A stretch of 62,922 bases of DNA, counting the filler, from Octopus bimaculoides (taxonomy: Eukaryota): assembly GCF_001194135.2 (NCBI RefSeq). It is 9 parts of 9 records of this genome, joined end to end, with 100 filler letters (N's around TTAATTAATTAA, not from the genome) between each part and the next. Parts side by side here need not be neighbours in the genome. Positions count along the whole stretch, not along the records: positions 19,747 to 40,456 come from NC_068987.1; positions 40,557 to 46,397 come from NW_026345643.1; 7 more parts are not named here. One strand, given 5' to 3'. Position 1 is the first letter of the stretch, and each line of letters opens with the position of its first letter. The notes below the pieces were generated by a model that had not been told where the DNA came from, ran no database searches, and saw nothing but the letters and a program-made list of their open reading frames with translations. Of the stretch, positions 35,786 to 45,271 are shown piece by piece. The translations under genes were made by a program, and so were the position numbers.

Positions 35786-36989
35786 ATATATAGAGTTCAA
35801 ATTTACAGAAAACAAAGAATCCCAATTCTGCTGTGAGCACCAAATTATAGTAAGCGCTCATCACCTTTCATCAATCCTGGGTAGATATAATAAAGTACCA
35901 GTCAATTGTTGGAATCAATTCAATTTCCTAAAGCCACCTTTCAGCAGTATGTGAGCTTGAGCCAATATTTGGAGATCAATAATTTAGGACTTGTGATAAA
36001 TTGACAGAATCATTAGTCTTGGACAAAATGCCTTGCACTATTTAGCTGCATTCCTTTAAGTTCTAAATTTGAATCAGACAGGCTGGCTTAGCATTTTGGT
36101 CTTTCAGCTTTGATAAAATTCCTTCTTTTTTTTATTCTTTTTCTTTTTTTGTTTTTTAATTTTTTTCTAAGAATACAAGCATGGCTAAACACAGACATGG
36201 TTGTATGGTAAAAAGTTTCCCAAATACATGACTTTGGGTTCAGGCCCACTGAGTGGGACCTTGAGCAAGTGTCTTCTGCTATAGCTTTGGATTGACTAAA
36301 GCTTTGTGAATGGATTTGGTAGATGGAAACTGAAAGAAGCTCATTGTATATATTGATGGATGGATGGATGGATGGATAGACAGAGGGGCAGACAGACAAA
36401 CAGACAGGGAAATGAATGGACAGATAAATGGATGAACAGACATTTGTATGTGTGCATTTGTGCGTTTATATTGCTGGCATCTTGCCTTGACATCATGTGA
36501 TAGTTGTAAATGAGTGTCACCATCATGTAAGTGGTGTCATTCATTTCCAATCTTCCATGAAAACATGTCTGGTCATGGGGAAATATCAGTCTGCATGGAA
36601 ACAGTTGAGGGTTGGCTACAGGAAGGGCATCTGATCATAGAAGACCCACCTCAACAAATTCTGTCCAGCCCATGTGTGCATGGGAAACTGGATGTTGAAG
36701 CATTGATGAGATGATGAAGAAAATTTGTTTATTGAGAAAATGTCTTACAAGCCATCTCAATGTTTTGTACTCCCAAGGGGCTGTGGCTTTGATTTGTTTG
36801 ACGAAACCCTTCAATGTGGTGCTCCAGCATGGCAAAAGTCCAATGACTGAAACAAATAAATGATACAAAGTGGACATTATAAATAAAAGATGAGAAAAGA
36901 TATATACCATCACCACCACCCTAGTATTTGCATCTTGTTTTAGAAATTGATATTTAGGATTTAGATAAGGCAGCAAGCTGTCTTATATA

Positions 36990-37620
36990 GCGCAGGCCTG
37001 ACTGTGTGGTAAGAAGCTTGCTCAAGGCGGCGAGCTGGCAGAAACGTTAGCACACCGGGCGAAATGCTTAGCGGTATTTCGTCTGCTGTTACGTTCTTAG
37101 TTCAAATTCTGCCAAGGTCGACTTTGCCTTTCATCCTTTCGGGTGTCGATAAATTAAGTACCTGTTACACACTGGGGTCGATGTAATCGACTTATTCCCT
37201 TTGTCTGTCCTTGTTTGTCCCCTCTGTGTTTAGCCCCTTGTGGACAATAAAGAAATGAAAAGCTTGCTCCCCACCCACATGGTTCTGTGTTCAGTCCCAC
37301 TGTGTGGTAGCTTGGGCAAGTGTCTTCTACTATAGCCTCAGGCTCACCAAAGCCTTGTGAGTGGATTTGGTAGATGGAAACTGAAAGAAGCCTGTCATAT
37401 GTGTGTGTGTGAGACTCTGTTCCCTACCATCGCTTGACAACCAATGTTGGTGTGTTTATGTCCCCGTAACCTAGCAGTTCAGCGAAAGAGACCAATAGAA
37501 TAAGTACTAGGCTTACAAGGAATAAGTCCTAGGGTTGATTTCTTTGACTAAAACCCTTTAAGGTGGTGCTCCAGCCTGGCCACAGTCAAATGGCTGAAAC
37601 ATGTAAAAGAGTAAAAGAGA
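36990..37620 (+). mobile_element. SINE A split by a full-length SINE C insertion (37024-37259)
   Basis: 10-bp target-site duplication AAGCTTGCTC at 37014-37023 and 37260-37269. Confidence 0.9.
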
Positions 37621-38257
37621 GCTGGCAGAACAGTTAGCATGCTGGGCAAAATGTTTAGTGGCATTTCATCTGTCTTTTATGTTCTGAGGTCAAATCCCAC
37701 TGAGGTTGATTTTGCTTTTCTTCCTTTCAGGGTTGATAAAATAAGTACCAGTTGAGTACCGAAATCAATATAGTCAACTCTAATGTCTAGAATTTAATTA
37801 TATGGTTTCAATTTTGAAAATGCTTGGATTATTTTTTTAATTTTGTGTGTGTCTGTAGAAGCTCCAGTCCATCTTGCTTATCTAGCCACTACAACAGCTT
37901 CCTATTATGTACAGTCAGGCCAGATAGATAAAACATAACCTACATCTACCTCACACAACCAATTACTACCACACGATAGTGTATGATGTGATTTGGGACC
38001 AAAGTTTTATATTTAGAATAGCATAACTGGGACACGGGACTTATGAAACTTTTTGGTAAGCTGTAACTTTCTCCTGAAGGTTCTTTTGTGCTCACATATT
38101 CTTAAAAAAATACAAAAATACTCATAAAATCAGTTTTGCTAAACCTCCGAGTTTAGAACATCTTGAATAGCAGTATGAATGCTACCCATCAATGGACAAA
38201 AATAAATATATATATATATATGTGTGTGTGTGTATGTATGTATATATATATATATAT

Positions 38258-38443
38258 GCCGGAGTAAGCACATAAATGTGCAACAAGGTGGGAAAAGGAG
38301 TACTCAAATACCAGAGGTAGAGTAATATGCTTTATTTAAAAGCAGCAGAAATATAACAAAAAACTGTTTCACGTTCTGTGTCTGATGAACGGGAACGTGA
38401 AACTCTGAGTAACAGTTTTTTGTTATATTTCTGCTGCTTTTAA
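38258..38443. mobile_element. Short Penelope-derived foldback element
   Basis: Inverted arms 38336-38376 and 38394-38443 (TTAAAAGCAGCAGAAATATAACAAAAAACTGTT...). Confidence 0.65.
38379..38415 (+). ncRNA. Minimal type I hammerhead ribozyme motif
   Basis: CTGATGA (38382-88), stem II ACG-GGAA-CGT, GAAA (38399-402), palindromic stem III ACTC-T-GAGT, cleavage triplet GUA (38409-11), stem I TGT/ACA. Confidence 0.75.
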
Positions 38444-39307
38444 CATTCCTTCAATATACACAAGAGAAAAAGGCCAGGTCAGTTCCTTCTCAATTTTATT
38501 CGATTGTCAAAGAATATGTATGAGAATATGTATATGTATATGTATTTTTCCATATGTGTATTTTCATACACTGTTTTTAACACTGTTTTTAACAATTTCA
38601 CCTTAATATCAGAGAATGTGTGACAATCAGTATGTAACACTACAAAGTTCATACAAAGCTTTATACTTTAAATATATTTTATCATCAAAGAATGTATATA
38701 TGCATTTTAATACTCAGACTGTTTTTTAACATTTTTTATTATNNNNNNNNNNNNNNNNNNNNNNNNNNNNNNNNNNNNNNNNNNNNNNNNNNNNNNNNNN
38801 NNNNNNNNNNNNNNNNNNNNNNNNNNNNNNNNNNNNNNNNNNNNNNNNNNNNNNNNNNNNNNNNNNNNNNNNNNNNNNNNNNNNNNNNNNNNNNNNNNNN
38901 NNNNNNNNNNNNNNNNNNNNNNNNNNNNNNNNNNNNNNNNNNNNNNNNNNNNNNNNNNNNNNNNNNNNNNNNNNNNNNNNNNNNNNNNNNNNNNNNNNNN
39001 NNNNNNNNNNNNNNNNNNNNNNNNNNNNNNNNNNNNNNNNNNNNNNNNNNNNNNNNNNNNNNNNNNNNNNNNNNNNNNNNNNNNNNATAGACAGACAGAT
39101 AAAAAGGTAGGTGGGTAGGTAGAGAGAGAGAGAGATAAATCGATAGATATCCATTATATTAGAATAGAAATTTCTGGATTCAATTTGTTTGACTAAACCC
39201 TTCAAGACAATATTACAGCATGGCCATGGTCCAATGACTGAAACAAGTAAAAGATAAAAGATATATATATATATATATAAATATATACAGATAGGTAGGG
39301 AGAAAGA

Positions 39308-39347
<40 letters not shown>

Positions 39348-40119
39348 AGAATAAATAAAAATTGTTGAATTTGAACTTTTCTCCATTTTGCCACAGACAG
39401 AGCAAACAGTACAAATTTGGTAGAAACACATGCAACAGTTTGAAATATTCTAAATATGGAAAACAAACATTCGTATTTGGATGAATCTATTCACCTTCAT
39501 ACTCTGCCATGTTCGTCCCCGTCTTGTCTTACATCACTCCATTCTGCCCGAGTTCTCATTAGTCTAGTCCATACCTCTTTCTTCTATTTAAGGGGTCTAA
39601 ACCATCTCATGCCCACATTCCATCACTAAAAACTAACAAAAAAAAAAAAGCCTCCACATGGCTACTTCACCTACTAGAAATAGTAGTCAAATCTCCTTCA
39701 TTATTACACGTTATGGTCTTGGAAAAGAAATGACACACACGGTGTAGTTGTAGGTAGACGAATTGATAGTCAAGGCTGGAGTGTCTTTCAACAGAAATCT
39801 ACTCTGTTGGGACAGATGGGGACTAAATAAAAAATAGCCAAGGACCCTCTCCTGGATTCCCATAACTTATTGTCACTCTCCGACACTATAATCCTAATAT
39901 CATCACCCAAATTTAATTCTACTTTATGTCTTTCTTTGTTTCTCTCTCTCCCTCTCTCTCTATCTATCTATTCTATATCTCTTTCCCATTCATACTGTCT
40001 TCTCTCTCTCTTCCTCTCTCACACACACATACACACATGCAATATTGTCTATATTGCTTTTTCTTTTCTTTCATATTTACTTCTCTCTCTATCTCTATCT
40101 CTCTCTCTACATATACTCT

Positions 40120-40316
40120 TTTATTCTTTCACTTGTTTCAGTCATTTGACTGCAGCCATGCTGGAGCACCGCCTTTAGTCGAACAAATCGACTCCAGGAC
40201 TTATTCTTTTGTAAGCCTAGTACTTATTCTATCGGTCTGTTTTGCCGAACTGCTAAGTTACGGGGATGTAAAGGCACCAGCATCGGTTGTCGAGCAATGG
40301 TGGGGGACAAACACAG

Positions 40317-40347
<31 letters not shown>

Positions 40348-40456
40348 CGACGGGCTTCTTTCAGTTTCCGTCCACCAAATCCACTCACAAGGCTTTGGTC
40401 GGCCTGAGGCTATAGTAGAAGACACTTGCCCAAGATGCCATTCAGTGGGACTGAAC
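40120..40456 (-). mobile_element. SINE family A
   Basis: Reverse complement of consensus; head cut by a gap. Confidence 0.9.
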
Positions 40457-40709
40457 NNNNNNNNNNNNNNNNNNNNNNNNNNNNNNNNNNNNNNNNNNNN
40501 TTAATTAATTAANNNNNNNNNNNNNNNNNNNNNNNNNNNNNNNNNNNNNNNNNNNNTTTCATCCTTTCGAGATCGATTAAATAAGTACCAGTTATGCACT
40601 GGGGTCCTTGTTTGTCCCCTCTATGTTTAGGGCCCCCTGTGGGCAATAAAGAAATAAATATTCTCTAATAAAGTTCTCTCTTGAATGTTCTGGTTATTTC
40701 TTTCCACAG

Positions 40710-40765
40710 AAGCCATTTTGGGAAAGACAGCAGAAACCGAATTTCTTTCAAGAAGCAAATGAAAT
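40710..40765 (+). CDS. Internal coding exon of an unidentified plus-strand gene (KPFWERQQKPNFFQEANE)
   Basis: TTTCTTTCCACAG acceptor, AT|GTAAGT donor; phase 0 to phase 2, splices in frame to 41338. Confidence 0.65.
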
Positions 40766-41337
40766 GTAAGTCCATCTCTGTTTTAAAAATCTATCTCAAT
40801 AAAGATTAGGGGGAAATTTTTAGGGTTTGGAATAGAATTGCCAACGTCGATTAAATAAGTACCAGTTGTATATAAGGGGTCGATTAAATAAATACCAGTT
40901 ATGCACTGGGGTCGATATAATCGACTTAATCCGTTTGTCCTTGTTTGTCCCCTCTGTGTGTAGCCCTTTCTGGGCAGTAAAGAAATAAGATGTTAAATGA
41001 TGATGATGATGATGAATAGCCAGAGGCAAAAAGAGTTGTGGCAGCTGTTGGCTGGTATTCGTTTTCAGTTAAGCAAACTAGAGTAATGTGAAATGAAGTA
41101 CCTTGCTTAAGGAAACAATGCATCACCCAGTCCAAGAATTGAACTCAGGACTCAGTATTCATGAGCCCAACACCCTAACCACTGGTCCACATGGCTTCAG
41201 CATCTCCCAAAGATGCATCTTTTTTTTTTATATATTTTTACTGTTGCAGTTATAGTTGTTTTTTGTTTTGTTGTTGTAATATTTCATTGTATTATCTTAT
41301 ATTTGTTGTTGTTGTTGTTATTGTCGTTTTTCCACAG

Positions 41338-41551
41338 AGAAAAGATTCCCGATAAATTCATACAATACAAATACTTGGTGGTTTGGTACCGAGAATGGCG
41401 GAAGCATTGCAGTGCCAAAGATCTGCAGAAGAAGCACAGTCTTCGCAAAGGTCTGAAGGCTTTGAACCAGGCAGCTTTGAAGAGTCGGTTATTGTCAGAA
41501 TCTCTCCAAGAACGCATCAACCAGTTGTGGCTTAAGTCTTGCCTCCAAAAA
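41338..41551 (+). CDS. Internal coding exon of the same unidentified gene (EKIPDKFIQYKYLVVWYREWRKHC...NQLWLKSCLQK)
   Basis: GTTTTTCCACAG acceptor, 71 open codons, AAA|GTTTGT donor; phase compatible with 40710-40765. Confidence 0.65.
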
Positions 41552-41587
41552 GTTTGTCATTTATTTTTCATTATTTTTTTAGGGAAA

Positions 41588-42180
41588 GGGGCATAGCGTA
41601 GTGGTTAAGGTATTCAGCTCAGGATCGTAAGGTCATGAGTTCAATTCTAGGTGAAGCATTGTGTTGTTGAGCAAGACGCTTTATTTCATGTTGCTCCGGT
41701 CCACTCAGCTGGCAAAAATGAGTTGTACCTGTAATTCTCAAGGGGCCAGCTTTGTCACATTCTGTGTCATGCTGAATCTCCCTGACATTAAGGGTACACA
41801 TGTATATAAGCACAGGAGTGGCTGTGTGGTAAGAAGCTTGCTTCCCAATCACATGGTTCCGGGTTCAGTCCCACTGCATGGCACCTTGGGCAAGTGTCTT
41901 GTTCTATAGCTTCGGGCCAACCAAAGCCTTGTAAGTGGATTCAGTAGATGGAAACTGAAAGAAGCCTATTGCATATATATATATATATATATATATGCAT
42001 GTATGTGTGTGTAGGTGTTTGTCCACCCTACTCCACCGCTGCTTGACAACTGATGCTGGTGTATTTACATCCCTGTAACTTAGCGGTTTGGCAAAAGACA
42101 TTGATAAAATAAGTACTAGGCTAAAGGCAGTGCTCCAGCATAGCCACAGTCAAATGACTGAAACAAATAAAAGAGTGAAG
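41588..42180 (+). mobile_element. SINE B1 (41588-41795) followed directly by SINE A (41810-42180)
   Basis: Both consensus sequences recognisable. Confidence 0.85.
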
Positions 42181-43881
42181 ATATATATATATATATATCA
42201 TCATCATCATCATCATCGTCTTTTAACATCTGCTTTCCATGCTGGCNNNNNNNNNNNNNNNNNNNNNNNNNNNNNNNNNNNNNNNNNNNNNNNNNNNNNN
42301 NNNNNNNNNNNNNNNNNNNNNNNNNNNNNNNNNNNNNNNNNNNNNNNNNNNNNNNNNNNNNNNNNNNNNNNNNNNNNNNNNNNNNNNNNNNNNNNNNNNN
42401 NNNNNNNNNNNNNNNNNNNNNNNNNNNNNNNNNNNNNNNNNNNNNNNNNNNNNNNNNNNNNNNNNNNNNNNNNNNNNNNNNNNNNNNNNNNNNNNNNNNN
42501 NNNNNNNNNNNNNNNNNNNNNNNNNNNNNNNNNNNNNNNNNNNNNNNNNNNNNNNNNNNNNNNNNNNNNNNNNNNNNNNNNNNNNNNNNNNNNNNNNNNN
42601 NNNNNNNNNNNNNNNNNNNNNNNNNNNNNNNNNNNNNNNNNNNNNNNNNNNNNNNNNNNNNNNNNNNNNNNNNNNNNNNNNNNNNNNNNNNNNNNNNNNN
42701 NNNNNNNNNNNNNNNNNNNNNNNNNNNNNNNNNNNNNNNNNNNNNNNNNNNNNNNNNNNNNNNNNNNNNNNNNNNNNNNNNNNNNNNNNNNNNNNNNNNN
42801 NNNNNNNNNNNNNNNNNNNNNNNNNNNNNNNNNNNNNNNNNNNNNNNNNNNNNNNNNNNNNNNNNNNNNNNNNNNNNNNNNNNNNNNNNNNNNNNNNNNN
42901 NNNNNNNNNNNNNNNNNNNNNNNNNNNNNNNNNNNNNNNNNNNNNNNNNNNNNNNNNNNNNNNNNNNNNNNNNNNACAGGAAGACCAACACAACTTCAAC
43001 TAAAATGTAAGGCTTTCTTTACCTAACGCTATTATCATACCACCATATACATTAATATATCCACTAATTGCTTCTCCTACATCTCTCACACAATGAACTC
43101 TTAACATACTCCTCAACATTCTGAAGAGATCTGCCAAACCATTTGGCAAATTGAAACGTGCGTAAATGACTAATTACATAACCTTCACGACTCATTACAT
43201 AACCTCCACATAATAAAACAATGGCTAACTAGCCCAACCGAATTGCTTCTTCTTGTATTTGTTGCTCCATTTTCCACATATATATATATATATATATGCA
43301 CACATATAGGCCAAATTAATAGGAGTCACAAAAGTGATAGAGGGTACTGACTAGCAACACTCTTGCTAGAAATAAGAGTTAAACAATTCAAAATCCACAA
43401 AGCACTGTCTTAATGACTGACAAAGGGAGGTAAGTCCTAATAGTCGGATCAGGAATGTCAGATTTTGATGTAGACCATCTTAATCCTTATCAGTGAAATT
43501 TTGGTAGTGATCCGAGAATTCTTATGGATTGTTGAAGGATTTTTCATTTGTTATATTTACTTTACATGAAATATTACGATGTCATGTTCTTTGATTATCT
43601 CCCTTGAAAACATCGTTTCCACCATAATGCCCATGGTTAAACTCAACTACCTCTTTCAGTCTTATAAGAAAACTGTTGAAAACATGTGCTGATTTTCAAA
43701 ATGGTAAAAGGTGTAAACAACAAATTACATGGGTGGCTTATTAGCAATTAAAAGTAAAATTAATAAAGGTCACAAAAGTGACAGGATACTGACCAGCACT
43801 ACTATTGCTAGAAAGAAGAGTTAAAACAACTTTGCTTTTAGGTTCAAATTGCTAATAAGTCACCTGTTTTTTATATATATA

Positions 43882-44100
43882 GTAAAAAGTTCGTTATAGC
43901 TATGTATAAGATAAAATATCATATAAAGCACTATAAACAATAATAAAAATGGAGAAGAAATATTAAAAGTTCAAAAAAAAAAATTTAATATTAAATTAAA
44001 TTATATTTTGAACTTTTAACATATCTTCTCCATTTTTATAATTGTTTACAGTGTTTTATATAAGATTTTATCTTATACATACCTATAACAAACTTTTTAC
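43882..44100. repeat. AT-rich foldback: ~95-bp inverted arms, ~30-bp spacer
   Basis: GTAAAAAGTTCGTTATAGCTATGTATAAGATAAAAT...AAAAGTTCAAAA versus its reverse complement at 44006-44100. Confidence 0.9.
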
Positions 44101-44163
44101 TTGTTATTTTCATATTTTAATTGCTTGCTTTAGCAGGCTGTTTTTTTGGATATGATGAAATTT

Positions 44164-44270
44164 TACTACCTCCGCCAAGGAAGGAGGTTATGTTTTCATT
44201 GCTGTTGGTTTGTCAGTCTGTCCGTCTGTGTACAAAATAACTCAAAAAGTTGTGAACGGTATTTGATGTA
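44164..44270 (+). mobile_element. Helentron/DINE-type non-autonomous element end
   Basis: TACCTCCGCCAAGG..GGAGGTTATGTTTTC followed by GTTTG/GTCT repeats and ATAACTCAAAAAGT. Confidence 0.55.
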
Positions 44271-44558
44271 TTTATAAGTGTGTATCTGTGTATGTGTGTG
44301 TCTGTCTGTGATTGTATGTGTACATGTAAATATAAATTTATGTTTGTTGTTCCCCACCGCCGCTTGACATTCGGTGTTGGTTTATTTACGTACCGGTAAC
44401 ATATCTGTTCGGCAATAAAGACTAATATAGCAAGTACCTGACTTAAGAAAACACAAGCTACACCTATCGATTAGTTTGACTAAACCCTAGTACTCCAGCA
44501 TGGCCACAGTCCAATACATGAATGAAATAAGCAAAAAACTGAAAGAAAATATCCTTAC

Positions 44559-44815
44559 CGTACATGGAGTTTTGATTATTCCACCCCTGTTCGCAAAGGC
44601 AGCAGCAATCACAGACTCCATGGTAACATTAACAGGGTTGTCCGGATCACAGAACTTATCTTCTATCTCTTTGTATGTGTCCAGCAGACTATTCTTGCGG
44701 TCAAGCGGTGTCGGTAAACTTTCTTCGTCAAACATGTCACTTGACTGAATCTCAAAATTTTCATTTCTGCTATCGCTATCTGCTTCATCCATCACGGAGT
44801 TTATGAGTTTTCCAA
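44559..44815 (-). CDS. Internal coding exon of an unidentified minus-strand gene (GKLINSVMDEADSDS...VTMESVIAAAFANRGGIIKTPCT)
   Basis: TTTTTCCATTTTCAG acceptor, ACG|GTAAGG donor, 85 open codons of protein-like composition. Confidence 0.75.
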
Positions 44816-44857
44816 CTGAAAATGGAAAAATAAAGTTTCTGATATATATAATATATA

Positions 44858-45205
44858 GGCGCAAGCATGGTTGTCCGGTAAGAAACTTGCTTCCAAATCA
44901 CATGGTTCTGGGTTCAGTCCTACTGCGTGGCACCTAGGGCAAGTGTCTTCTACTACAACCTCGAGCCGACCAAAGCCTTGTGAGTAGATTTGGTGGACGG
45001 AAACTGAAAGAAGTCCGTCGTATAATGTGTGTGCGTGCGTGCGTATATGTGTGTGTGCGTGTACGTGTGCGTGCATGCGTGTGTGTGTATGTGTATGTAT
45101 ATGTGTGTGTATGTGTGTCTTGGGTCGATTTCTACGACCACTTATGGCGGTGCTCCAGCATGGCCGCAATCAAATGACTGAAACAAATAAAAGAATAAAG
45201 GAATA
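44858..45205 (+). mobile_element. SINE family A
   Basis: Consensus match with a partial 3' half; another 3' half at 44340-44530. Confidence 0.85.
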
Positions 45206-45237
45206 AAGGTACACACACACACACACACACACAGACA

Positions 45238-45271
<34 letters not shown>

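Noticed and set aside
37859-38076. Possible small plus-strand exons (APVHLAYLATTT...; HNWDTGLMKLF)
   Set aside because: Phase-compatible chains can be built but are not constrained without transcript data
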